Below are positions 12,601-25,578 of a DNA stretch of 64,000 bases, in pieces. A model generated the notes under the pieces. That model saw only the letters and a program-made list of their open reading frames with translations. It was not told where the DNA came from and did no database searches. Both the position numbers and the translations under genes were made by a program. Where the stretch lies: positions 62,001 through 126,000 of the forward strand of contig JALMLS010000455.1 in the NCBI GenBank assembly GCA_038496445.1. Reading direction: 5' to 3'. Each line of letters starts with the position of its first letter. Position 1 is the first letter of the stretch. The stretch is from Trichosphaerium sp. ATCC 40318. Its lineage: Eukaryota; Protista; Tubulinea.

Positions 12601-14848
12601 CAAATAGGTTTGTGAACAAGTTCATGTCCTTCATCGAGTATTATACGATGCCAATATATCTCATCAAGACCTCCTTTTTCTCCAATTATAGCTCTGTAGT
12701 TCTTGTTTGCAAGAAGTTGATGAGATGCAACTACAACATCTGAAGGAATGGTTTGTTTAGAAATTAAACATGATAGGTAGTTTGTACCCGCTTTTAGGAG
12801 CGCTGCTGTAGTGGCTTTCTTCAAGTCCCTCATGGTTGTTATCTTATGTATTGTCATATCTCTTGTTGTGCGATTATGCATCTCCTCAATCCATTGTTTT
12901 GCCAAATGACTTGGACAACAGACTACAAACAAATAATGACATCAGATTAAAGTGTTTACAATACTGGAAAAAGCGTACCTAAGGTTGCATTGCTACATTT
13001 CTTGCCATCTACTTTTTGATCTTTACCGAACTGCCCTTTATTGCTCAATATCAATCCAAGAACTTGAAAAAAGTACAGTCAGTTTGTCAATGCCTCTTGT
13101 TAGTAACAATGTTGATGTACCTTCAATCGTTTTACCTGAAAATACAACAGTTAGTTTAAGCGACTTGCATGCCTATTGCGTACCTAGACCCATTTCATCA
13201 GCAAGAACACCTCCAAGGAACGTTGCTTGTCGTTTGTAACTATCATATTGAAACCTTGGAATGATCAACTTGTTCTTCAAGTCAAACATGATATTCGATC
13301 CTGATGATGTCCACGGGACAAGAGGTAAATAACTCAAATCTACAAGATATCTCAGCAACTCACTCAAAAGTGGAGATTGTCCGTACATTCGTTGGCATCA
13401 ATCTGTTCTTCAATATTCACCATCCAGCTGACACACTCAAGTTGGTAGTTATATAACTTCACGTTAAGACATGAAGGTTGTTCGATGGCACCAAGTATTG
13501 TCTAATAAAATAATAAGTTCAAGAACCACATTTCAACATTAACAGTACCTGTATCTTCGGTGATTTGAAATCATAAGTTGACACATCTAAAAGACGTCCA
13601 AGCTCCGGATACAACTGACATAACATACAATGGAATAATATATGTTGGTTTTCAACAACAGATCCCTTTGCTATTTTCCTTTCGAGCCTGTAATGTCCAC
13701 ATTAATAACAAGTCAAGCTGTAAACAACAAATGAACAAAACAAAACTTACTGTTTTAAATTAATTTCAAGGTCAACTGTATTATGTTTCTTACCTTCCCT
13801 ATACCTCCAAACGCTCTCCTATATTATTGGTTAGGTTAAAATACAGTAATATGATCTTATGTACTTTGTAAAACGGTTCGATGCTGAACTGATCATAGTT
13901 GTAAAGAAGTCGAAGTGTTGTCCAACGATCAATTAGTAAACTGCTTTTCAACTTTCCTTTGGAGGACAGTTTTCCAGTATTATCGAGATTCTACGACAAA
14001 CATGAGTGTATACTCTATAATTCTATTCAAAAGTAGCATAGTGAATAACACGTGCCACTAAATGCATAAAGTGAGTCGGTGTTTTTATATCCTCCCCATA
14101 TTTTGAAACAAGACTTGGAGTGGTTTCAATGATTACTGATTTCCTAGCCAACTCCTCGTTTTCATTTGATAAAGACTCCCACCATATATTAAGAATAGAT
14201 GTTGAAGTATGAACCACCTAAATACTCCTCATCAAATCGATGCAAACACGTGTTTTTTGTGCACTTTGATTCGCGACAAAAAAATCAATCAACACGTGCG
14301 TAAAAAATATTGTACAATAGAACAACGTTATGTTTTGTTTAAACAATACAAGTGGTTTGTAGCATGTAAGGGAGGAAAAAAAACGAAAAATTTTGCGCGT
14401 TTTTTCGTACGTCAAAGCCTAGGGTATCTATTACTTGCCAATTTAGCATTACATCTTGCGCAATATGCCGCCACTGCTTCTATTTTTTTGAAACGTTAAA
14501 TTTCTTACAAGAAAAACAACGGTTTTGATGTAAAAAGTCGTTGTACGTTTACTTCTCTACTTGATTTCAAGCTTATTCTACCGAGAGAGTTGAAAATATG
14601 GTGGATTATCTCGTTTGGCAAGTATGGTGATTCAATAGTTCTAATATCATCCAAACTATCCCTGGCATCGTTTTCATGCGTAGAAATGTCCATAGGCGTT
14701 GCTTTAGGGAGTTTTTGAGATAAAGCTTCATCGTTTACTATTTTGCGCCGTTTTTGTGGTGGTTGAGCTGTTGTGTTCAATTTATACGCTTCACGTTTTG
14801 TTTTACGACGCTACAAACCAAACGGTTAAAACTTCAAAGTTCTACCAT
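9597..14848 (-). CDS. F-box + SNF2-family (Rad5/SHPRH-like) helicase, many exons
   Basis: F-box YLPNEIIHHIF. Helicase motifs GGVLADEMGLG-KT, CPSHLAKQW, WHRIILDEGHE, RWYVTGTPF, AASGTNL, ESQAIGRAYRMGQ. The last exon 9739-9597 stays in frame across the LINE-containing intron; the exact 3' end is uncertain. Confidence 0.85.
9781..10426 (+). mobile_element. 5'-truncated non-LTR retrotransposon (L1/Tx1-like ORF2 3' end)
   Basis: 16-bp direct repeat ATTCATGCTTTGTTCT at 9765-9780 and 10427-10442, and an A12 tail at 10416-10427. The intronless ORF contains a degenerate post-zinc-knuckle segment and IWNIRN (IWxxRN motif). Confidence 0.85.
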
Positions 14849-15029
14849 AAGAGTACCTCCATTGTCTCGCTTTATAGATTTAGCTGGTGCAAAAGGGTAA
14901 GTTCGAAGAAAGCCTAAATAAGTCAACTTCGTTTTTCTGACAGTGAATGGGCCCGTTTCAGTGATTTTTGAGAAAAATTGTCCGTTAAGGAATTTCGACT
15001 CGTAAAAAGCTGAGCGTAAAAACTCTCTT

Positions 15030-15850
15030 CATAGAAGCAGAAGACTCAGACCTTGCTTTTCTTTCCGGTGTTCACTCTAACACTTGAACACAACCCACAA
15101 ATTACAGACTCAGGATTAACTCATGTTCATGGTGTACGTCACTTGCAAATAGAAAGTTGCAAGGTATCACTGACGCTGTAATAATACAAATCGCAGAAGG
15201 CCTTAAATCTATTTATTTGTTTGTCAATTCAAATATTACAGAGTTAGGTTTGAAATCACTTGCCGGAAACCAGACATCAGATTGCTGGTTTTTCTAACTG
15301 ACAGATGAAGAGCTATTGAAAGAGTTTTCTGGAAAAGTTCATAAGATAGATTTACATGGCTGTAGATGCATCACAGATGATGGAATTTCAGCTCTGGCTG
15401 GTGTACACACTATAGAGTTGAAAAGTACAAAAGTCAAAGATGCTGGTGTAAAAGCTTTGTGTGGTGTACATACAATCAGTCTTTCTCATTGTGACCTTAT
15501 CACAGCGACTTGTATAGAACATCTTGTAGGTGTACATTTGATCTTTCATACACAAAGGTAACAGATTTTGCACTTCCTGAGGGTGTACATAGTATTGATT
15601 TGGCGTATACTCCAGTTTTCAATAAGGTAGTTTCGAGTTTGATTGTACACACTGTAAACCTCTCAAATTGTTTGGGTATCATGAGAGAATGTATGCAAAG
15701 CCTTGCAGGTGCACAATCTTTCATTTACAAAAGCAACAGATGCCTGGCTTATTCCTCTCACTGACATCAAGATTTTAAAGTTATATTGGTGCTTTGACAT
15801 TACAGATGAAGGTGTTAAAGTACTCAAATCTGTTAAGACTTTAAGATAAA
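15030..15850 (+). pseudogene. Degenerate GVH-type LRR gene
   Basis: LSGVHS/LAGVHTIEL/LCGVHTISL/EGVHSIDL repeats spread over different frames, with frameshifts and a stop and no splice sites to explain them. Confidence 0.75.
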
Positions 15851-16098
15851 AATTATAATAGTTTGGAAGCAGCTTCTTTGCTTAGACAAAACAATAAATC
15901 TCTCTTTGGTATACCATTGTGTTGTTTAACTTTCATTGGCACATAGCACAGGTTCATTCATAGAGACATTACTCAGTTCCTAACTACAGAACGATTTTGT
16001 TGGGATGACAACCTGGTAAAATCTGGACTTATGAAAGTTTCATTTACAATTTTATTTACAAGCAGCGCACACTTTAAGTACATTATACAAAAGAATTA

Positions 16099-17961
16099 TC
16101 ATTCTTCAAGTGGTTTGTATGCTACATAAACATCTGGACCAACACTTGATGCAGTAGTTGTTGGTGTAGATCTAGTAGTACTCGTACTCTCCCTTTTCTT
16201 TGGACCTTGTAGTGCAAACAGCTGAGTATAACTCACTGCATATAATAGCAGATAGAATATCACCCAAAACGAGTAAAATCCTTCAGGTGTTTTGAAACTT
16301 GAAGAAAAAACAAAAAATGATAAACAAAGAGACAGTACAATGAACACACCACTTAATAATAGAATATACGTGATCTATGAAAAATAAATAAGTACTAAAG
16401 TTGGTTTTGCTTTTTTGAGATTAGGCCATTTTGGAAACACGTGATCAACACATGATAAATTGGAAAGAAACCCCAACGTACTGTTAGCATGTTTTTACTT
16501 CTTTCTGTTTTTTTCTTGGATTGCTTTATTGCCACGAGTACTCTAATACCAATAATAAAGTAGTAAAGTGATATCATTGCTGAGAATATTGCATAACAAC
16601 CTCCTGATATTTCAAGAACATATGGTAGCTCTGTAGATGCGCGAATGACATTAAGTATAAATTCCATTAAAGTATACGCGGCGATAACAATGATACAAGG
16701 TACTAAGAACTTATGGACATTTTTTCTAACAACTAATCTAAGTGCCTTAATGTTCAGTAAAAGTTCATGCCTTGATTAAAAAAAGGTGTTAGGTTTAGGC
16801 TATTTACAAAGCTCGTTAACGTACCAATAAAATGCTATTAGTACTGAACTTGCAATACTACATGTTGGTAGGCCTGTAATGAACATTTCATGTATACCAG
16901 CAATTAGTATACGACGACTGAAGATTGGGTCTATTACAGTGTAAAAAAACCTAACTGAAAAAAAAAAACCAATTAGTACTTAGCTCCACGTGCAACAAAT
17001 AAAAACACTTCAAATTCCGTACTAGTATTAGATACCATCTCTATGATAAGTATAGTTTGTGCTAGTCCACAAGAAAACTTTTTATCAGAGGTCACGAGTT
17101 TGTATATGGACAAAATAACAGCACCAAGAGCAAGTCCTCCCATAACAATTGAAAAGAAAATCTACACCGCAATGAGCACGTGTTTCGCATGTGATATATG
17201 ATTTAAAATAGCGTACACTTCCTATTTCTTTAGTACCCTTCCATAGGTTCTCATCTAAACGTGTATTAAGTAAGTCATTTCGATCTAAAACAAGTTCGAT
17301 TCTTTTACCATTCCTGTCTAATGTGACATTTACACAAAATGACGAATTTTGACCCAAATAGTCTCTAAGCGACTTGAATAATGATCTACCTATCACCACA
17401 GTAGGTATTTCTACCGTTGGCGCTTGGTTTGGGTTTACTTTGAAGTAGCTAAGCGCTCCAGGTACTAAAAAAGAAACAACTTAGAGCGAATATTTAACAG
17501 TCATTTCTTGTCTTCATTGAACGTACCCGTTCCACCAGTATAATACAAGCGCTTTAGCGCCTCCAGCTTTAGCACTGTCTATTAATTGTCCCCAATCATA
17601 AATGAAGTCAATTTGAAGAAGTAGAATTTGACCTGTAATATTATTCACATTTCCATACAATAGCTCTCCTATAACTATTGTTTGTTTTGGATATCATAGC
17701 ACGCTTTTCACCTCTATTCGAGGTAGGCGCGCTGCAATTAATTAGAGAATGTACCAGAGATTGTTTTATTGCGTCCCCAAGCGTCTTTAGATACCCAGGT
17801 CACGTCTGGGGCGTTGTATTGGCCTAGTTCGTTACTTCTGTAAGAAAAAGAGCGCTACCTTGTCAATGAGTACCCTGTAACGCTGGAGTATGTACAACCA
17901 AGCCTTTAGTGAAAATCACGAAGTATACAACAAAAACGGTGCAGTGCGCGTAAATAGTCAT
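16099..17961 (-). CDS. Signal peptide + PA-like domain + multi-pass (7TM-like) membrane protein
   Basis: Signal MTIYAHCTVFVVYFVIFTKG, PA-like AKAGGAKALVL...EIPTVVI, several hydrophobic helices and a Ser/Thr-rich tail. Confidence 0.6.
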
Positions 17962-18288
17962 CAATATCGTTAATACATTGTCAAACTACGATTTTTCGGC
18001 ACATTACCTCACTAAAAAGGAACATGCTGGGCTTAAACAGTACAAAAAGACAAGCGACCAAATGAAACGTATGTACGAACGAGAGCGTCAAACTGCACGA
18101 ACCAGCACCATTCCAAAAGTGTAACGCGATTAGCATGACATCTGCACACGTAGTATACAACAGGCACCGTTACGACAAATCACAATAAGCGTGTAACACA
18201 ATTTAGTAAGTTCTTGGGATAGTGAGCGAGAAATAACTGCAGAATTGACCAAACTTAGAAATCGCTTCAGCGTTATAATTTTAACGTC

Positions 18289-19066
18289 ATGTCTTACCCA
18301 GGTGGTTATCCTGGCCAACATGGTGCATACCCACCACAGCCTTATGGGGCTCCAGGTGGTTACCCACCTACTCAGGCGTACCCTCCAACGCAACCTTACG
18401 GTTATCCTGGTGCAGCACCAGGCTACCCAGGTGCTTCTCCTGGCTATCCAGGTGGCAATAATCAAGTCGTACAGCACACTCATGCTACAGTTGTTGCTGG
18501 CCAACCAACTTACGCTCCAGGCGGTCCTGTCGGGTACCACCAACCTTCCAGCCACACTGTAGTTCACCATCAAGCAAGACGTGCGTTTTTTATTATAACA
18601 GTAAAATAACCTAACCCAACGATTAGCTGCAACAGTTCACGTTAGCGTCTCTGGAGGTGCGTAGTTATTTTCAGTGGGGGTTCATTAAATTAGTAATTTC
18701 ACCCACTATGCACCATAAATTATCGTTATTAACATGCAATGCTAGGCAACAAGGGCTATGGCAATAAAGGATATGGTAACAAAGGCTACGGCAATCGCGG
18801 TTACGGCGGCGGTCGTGCATACGGTAACAGAGGATACGGTGGCCACTACGGTGGTAAGAAATTCAAACGCAAAAAGTTCAAGCGTAAAAAGTTCAAGGGA
18901 AAGAAATTCAAGGTACGTTACTTCAACGCTGAGCATTAATGTAAAACACAATTATATTGGAACTTTCTAAACGTTCTTATGAACAAAAAAAATCTACCCA
19001 AGTTTTTGTCGGGTAAAAGCTTATTTATTCCCATAGAAAGCATGGAAAGGAAAATTCAAGTGGTAG
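18289..19066 (+). CDS. Gly/Pro/Tyr-rich low-complexity protein (GPRP-like)
   Basis: 4 exons. xYPP/GYPG repeats, GYGNK repeats, and a KKFK x4 ...KAWKGKFKW* tail. Confidence 0.8.
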
Positions 19067-19324
19067 ATTACCAGAATTATACACCACGCATTGTTGTACT
19101 CATAAATATGTTGTTTTGAACGCACGACGTTATGGTTTTGTCAAAAACACATTTTTTTGTTTTTTTTTTTTTGTTCACTTCACTTCAGCAAATGCCAGGG
19201 CGCGCGGCTCTCCGAAAAGTCTGGTACATGCATGTACCAAAAACTGTCAAAGAAATTTTTACAACGGTTTTTGTTGGTAGTAATGTGCAAAATAGTGTTT
19301 TCGGTTTTTATTCTTTTTTTTTTT

Positions 19325-21346
19325 TTACAATTTTGTGTCAAGGTATGAAGTGAACCATGCAAACTCCCTACATCGTAGGTCATTTTTTGCTTTCTTTTCT
19401 AGCTTCACCCTTCCAGGGTCTGCATTGTACTTTCCTTTATCACGTGATTGTTGCATCCACACATGTTTCACAGCTGCCTAATTGGGTAGTTATTAGCAAT
19501 TTTTGCTCTTTTTTTTTTTGAAAGAATTTAATGGGAAGCAAAGATGCAGTCACTAGCACTTGCCTTTTGCTTTCCAATGGTGTCATCTCCTAAGCGAGAA
19601 AATCCATTCGGAAACTCTTTGAGTTTTTGTGCTACACGTGAACAAGGAAGGGTAAATATTTCTCCACCACACAACCATGTTTTTAGGGAGAATTCAAGCA
19701 TTTGAACACCCCAGTCAGAGTAATCTGGCCGGTTCTGGCCCATGAGCTTGTACCACGTCTTTGAAACAGCGAACGCATTACCGAACTATTTATGAGGTAA
19801 GTCTAAAAAAACAAAGAAAAGATTGTCAATTCGTACAATGGCTGGCGTCTTTAATCGAACTTGCGGTGACAGATGATTATCTGGTGGCCCCTCAACTTCC
19901 TTCCATTTAAAATTCAAGTCAGTGTCAAACCCGCCTACAAGCGTTGGATTTGCTGGCCTAAAGAAAAATCACGTGTTAGTGCACCGTTATCGGGTTACAA
20001 GACCATTACCCAACTCTTTCCGGTTTTTCATCGCGTATACTATCCATAAAGGGTACTGCAACAATATTTGGGTTGGTCTTGACTTGATGTAACAGCGGTG
20101 CTAACCATCCGTTCAATACACGTAATCCTGAGTCAAGGAATACAAGAACAGATGCACTAAACATAATACGTCAGTAGGAAGGAGCTATAAAAAAAAGCTA
20201 AAAAAACTCTGCTTCTTCGTACTTTGTACACGCCTGTACTCCTATGCACGTGTGAGTGGAACTGATAGCGCTTGTTCTTAGGCGTACCTGTATTTCGAGC
20301 TTCAAAAATTCCTTCGCCTTTGTTTTCAACAAGCGTCACGTGAGATGACACTTGCCATTCTTCAACCGATTTTTTTGGCGTTACAACAATTACTGATGAA
20401 ACTAGCTCCTTTGGTGTTCTCTAAGACAGATGATATTAACATGTTACATAAATACATTTGTCAAAGATTGATGAATACCTTTAGAACAGAATTTATGGCG
20501 CCATAGCCTCTACTGATAGAATTAACTGGAATAATTATACATGCCTATAATCAGGTTGTTAATGACGTTTGTAGTCGAGTGATAAACAAAGCGTTTGGTG
20601 TTGCAGTAAGGAAGAATTGCAAAGTACCTTTGGAAGGTCTCTTGCCACGGCTTTTTTACAAAATTCTGGGCGCCAATCTGCAAGGGTAAGATTACGAAGA
20701 TTACATCTTTAAAACATTGTAACATACTTATATCATCGTCTAATTCTATATCATTGTCTATGACAGGTAATGGGTCTTGCTCATACAAACCTGAAGGGTG
20801 TTAACAACGAATGGGGTGCGTTTTCAAGTCTTAAAGACAAACCTAAGTCCGTTTTGCCGTGATGCACCTCCAGGAGCCCAATAAGATGTTGTATGCGTTT
20901 AAATTGTCTAAAACTTGAGTGTCAGAAATGAACTAACAAAAATCAAACTATTTAAATGTAAAGTGCTCAATTCTGTATTCCTACGCGTTGTTTGATAGTG
21001 GGAAACCTTTTGATTCTTCTTCTGGTTCATTGTTTTTTTTCAACGTTGCCAGTCTTTTTTTTAATCCTTCCAGCCTCGCTAAAGCTGTCAGGTGCATATC
21101 ACAGCAATAGTCGTACTTTGTAGCGCTAGTTTTTGTTTTACGACGTAACGGTTGTGTTTTTGCTCATTCTCCTCTGCCTGTTCCTCGTTTTTAACCCTCA
21201 GCTAGTCCTGTAAGCAACTTAAAATTTAAAATATGACATACCTCAGCAAGCTGTCCTTCTTTATACTCGTAAACAGCAAAGAATATGAGGTTTGTTATGA
21301 CAAAGCCAATTATGACACAGTGTACAGTAGAAAGCCGAAAAGCCAT
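19325..21346 (-). CDS. Polypeptide GalNAc-transferase-like (GT27) type II membrane protein, catalytically divergent
   Basis: N-terminal TM anchor. Motifs EGIFEARNTG, VLVFLDSG..NGWLAPLL, GGFDTDLNFKW, WGVQMLEFSLKTWLCGGEIFTLPCSRVAQ, HVWM and LRCREFAWF follow GalNAc-T catalytic domain order. Confidence 0.8.
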
Positions 21347-21509
21347 TTTAATTGTTAAAACCGCAGGTTCATACGCCTACGTTTGTTTCTCCTATCAAAA
21401 TGTACTATCAAAAGTAGACAAAGTCCGTTGCAGTCAAATTCGGCCGGCAAAGATCAACTACTTCAACCCCTGCAATTGCTGTTCAAGTATAGTGCTCCTA
21501 CTACCTAGG

Positions 21510-24500
21510 ATGCCCAGCGTTAGCGTGAAGGTTATTTTCAAAGATGGCGAAGCTGAAAAGACGCATAAGTACCGCCTAGATACTAAAATACCATTAGTGC
21601 GTCTGACCAACATTGCCGTATGCTCAAAAATTAAATGCGTGTATTTTAGGACAAGCACATAACCAAACTGTGCTTACACTTTGATTGTCCTGGTATTGCG
21701 TCAATTTATGCGTTTTACGTACCAGCTCACGATATTTTTCTTGTCGAAAACGTACGTACGATAAATGGATTAAAGTGTTGATGTAGGTTGTGGTATGCAA
21801 GCACGCCTCCACACTTGCTTTTTAAAGATACACCGTGGAGTCACAACAGACCTTTTTCTACTCAAACCGCGTTCATATTCACGGTCATGCATTAATACTC
21901 GTTTTAGGACGTTAAAAAGACAATCAAAAAATTAAAAAACGGCCAAGAACTGCACTTGCAACTCGATCCAGCAGTAATTCAAGAGTCTCCTTGTATTGTA
22001 AACGTTGTAGAACAACTCGTATTATTACGTGACTCCAAAAACAGCGAAAATCAATTCAAACACGCTGTAGTCGCTCTACGTCATAAACTCAAGGTACGAT
22101 AATATATTGTCGATATGTTTTCTCGTTGGCTTTTTTTTTTCGGGTATCCAGAAGACAACTGAACCAATTTGTTTACTTCAGGAACCAGACTATGCCGTCA
22201 TGTTCCAGAAACAAAACGGTATGCAATTACTTGTAAAGAACTTGGAATCAATGGAAGGAAATGTGCTTAGTTATGGTCTATACGCATTATTGAGTTACCT
22301 ACGTGCGTATTTAATTAGTTTAGAAAATCATTAAGGACTCTGTTACTTTTTTTGCTCATAACGACGTTTTTTTTAGGTGCTTCTGATAATTTATCGTTTA
22401 TACGTACTGCACTTATTTCAAAGATTGTTACTTCGGTGGTTGGACCAAAGCTTAATTTATGTAAAGTATCATTGATGGTTTTAAATCATCTCATTAATCC
22501 AACGAATACATTCAAAGTGAGTGCACTTTTTTTACATATTGATTGGCAAAATTTTCAATAAAACCTCAATGACTCGGTTACTAATATCGACATAGGGAGG
22601 TATTATTTATGTAACGGGTCAACATGAACGTAAGCAATTAGATTGGGATACAATAGTAGAACGGCTCAATAACGAAGTAAGTTAATTGTTTCAATTTTTT
22701 TTTTTGGCGATTTGTGAAACAACCTGACGCCTATTTTTCTTGTAGGATGTTGAACTAATGCATCAAATATTATTATTTATAAATAGAATGTATGTAAATA
22801 TTAAGGAGCGTAACCCTGATCAAGCAAAACTATTTTTTGCCGAGCTTGAGGAAAAGGGTTTATCGGGGAAGGTTATAAAAGCTTTAAACCTAACATCTGA
22901 TGAGATAAAAACACAAGCACATGCCTTTCAAGTAAGTATTGATAAACACTCCTTCTTGCAAACAAACGTGAGATTGCACGTGATTTATCACGTGTGAGTT
23001 GGTATGAACAAAACTAAGTAGTTTTCTTCTTAGATGCACCGATTAAGGCCTTTCTATGAAGAGACACAAGTACCTTTTGATGAAAGTGATCCAGAGCATT
23101 GTAAGTGAAAAGAGATTGTGCAAAAAAGAAAGTTTGGCATTTTAATGATTTTTTTTAGTGAAGCTCTTGGAGAGTTTATGGATTGCAATTAACCCCAAAA
23201 CTACATTTCCTGTACGTAGTTATATTGCACTTTTTGTATGTTTTTATAGCTAAACTGACACCTTCGTCAAGGGCGTTTCAGGCGAGGGTTATAAAGCGAT
23301 GGGATGGCAGGTGAGTTGTCTCTTAATTTAGTAGAAAAACGTTACTAAAAGCGGTGTAGGGAGCAAAACCTTCAACAGATTTCAGAGCAATGGGTATTCT
23401 ATGTCTTAAACAACTTATTTTTTACGCGGAAACGTATTCTGTACGCCTAAAGGAAAAGATTACAAGAATGGTACGACTCACTATACCTTTTTTTTTCTTT
23501 TTTTTGTATTCTTTCTACTCTTATTAAAGTATTACTGTTTACAGCATGAAAGAGATGTTGAGTTCCATTATCCTGTTTGTTGTGCTGGCGTACACATAAC
23601 TCAAGTCATGATAGACGTATTTGGAATCAAAGGTACACAACGTGATTAGTAATAGCAGTTATCTAACTGGTTTTTTTTCAAATATAGAAGAAGATACACT
23701 TGGACCTACTAATGTTCATCCAATGTTATTACATCCTCAAGGATTTGATATTTGCTATTGCATATTATTTGAATTCTTTGATATGCTATGGGAGAAGTTA
23801 GAAGCGAAGTACATGCAGTTTAATCAAGTCAAAGAAGTACGCTGAAAAAACCATCCACTTTTCACTTTTCACTTAATATCGAAATTCGTAGGTTCCTCCA
23901 GCTTTATGGAATTATTGTTTATCATCATTAACACCTCATAGGCGCTTAAGCAACATCTAAATTCTATATTGGAAACACATAGCATGTTAAGCCTTACATC
24001 GTTTCATTCATTGCTTCTATCTCAACAAGCAACTCGACAGTTATCAATACCAAAAGAAGATGAAGTACAGAAAGTGACTAGCATAGACAGAGACCCTAAA
24101 GTGCTAGAACGTTTCTTAAGGTCACAATAACTATTATTATTTATTCTAAAACACCCTCTTGATCAATTAATCGCCTATATTGAGCGTTCATTGTTTCTTT
24201 TTTTTTTCTCATTTATTTCCTCATGAGGCTTTCATTTAATACCCTTTTGCATAAATTACATGACTACTTCATTTATATGTATGTATATATCTATCTAGAC
24301 ACCTTACCACTCTTGAACTTAAGTTGAAGGTAAACTTAAGCGCATTTGCTTCAAAACCATTGTTTGTCTGTTATATGTATTTATAATACCTCCTATAAAG
24401 CACACAATGCCCTTTAGCTTACCGCGAACTATAGTGAGCAACGTAAAAAGTTAAAATTGTCAGATGGAATTTCACGCCATTCTAAGAGAGCATCTATAAA

Positions 24501-25143
24501 CCTTGGTATGCTAAAGGGAGTGTGGAAGCAAAAGGAACCAAAATCTAGCCCAAGGAGATCTCCTAAAGCGTCTAATGACATAAAACGCTCCAATTCCTAC
24601 AGTGCGCTCTCTCAAGAAGCTACAGACGATTCTTTGGAGAAGGCAAGTAGACGTTTTAGTTCTAGGCGAGCAACGGGTCCAAAGCATAAACGTCCCCAAA
24701 GCGCGCCTGGGTTGACATCTGTTGATGAGGACCGCATTCAAACAAAGCCTAACAATTTTTCGAAGTTTTTTCAAATGGAAGCAACATACAACTCTCCACC
24801 ATCAAAACGCGTAAAGAGGCGAAGGGCATCATCACAAAAGAATAGAAAGCAAAAACCATCAAGTTTCTTCGCTTTATCGCCAAAAGCCAATACACAGTCT
24901 CCAGTGGTGCGTAGTAACTCAGCGCCAAGGCAGTTACAACCAAGAAAGAAAGAACAAAGAGGACCGAGTAGATATAGTCCAAGATTACGAATTCCTAAAC
25001 ATTCTCGCAAGAAATCGAGGCTAAGCGGTAAGGAAGTGAGTTCTAGGGAAGGTAGACGTAAGAACGAACATCTATCTTTAACTAGTGAGACAGATTCCGC
25101 AACATCAAGATCATCACGATCAAGAAAAGAAAATGATAACTAA
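21510..25143 (+). CDS. ELMO-domain protein with long basic Ser/Arg/Lys-rich tail
   Basis: GWQGAKPSTDFRAMGILCL and HYPVCCAGVHIT (ELMO/CED-12). Small exon 24299-24329 links in frame to terminal exon 24418-25143. Confidence 0.8.
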
Positions 25144-25578
25144 AGTTCACGGTTGCAAAAAAAAAGAAAGAAAAAAAGAAGAAAAAAAAAAGAACCTTAC
25201 AAACAATGAAGAATGGTGTACTCCAAAAGTGCATCAAAGATTGTAAATTTTTGTACAATACATGTAATATAGCTTAGCTAAAGAACAAACCATTTATGTT
25301 TTATTTGTGTGCCACATGCACGCAGTCTTTCAGTACAAGTGTTTTTTTTTTGAAACAGCAGCAAGCTTATCGTCTAACAAGTGAGCAAGCAACACATTAC
25401 CTATTTATTCTCTACTAACGGCCACAGGTTGGGCATTAACACTTCGGTTATGCAGCGATGAGAATAGCGAACAAGGTGACTCTAGAGATCTGGTGAGCGT
25501 TTGTGCAATAAATGGCGATTACATTAGCAAATGGAATGAGGGGAAAAAGTAAAGTTTTTATTATTAAAGTAATTTCTT

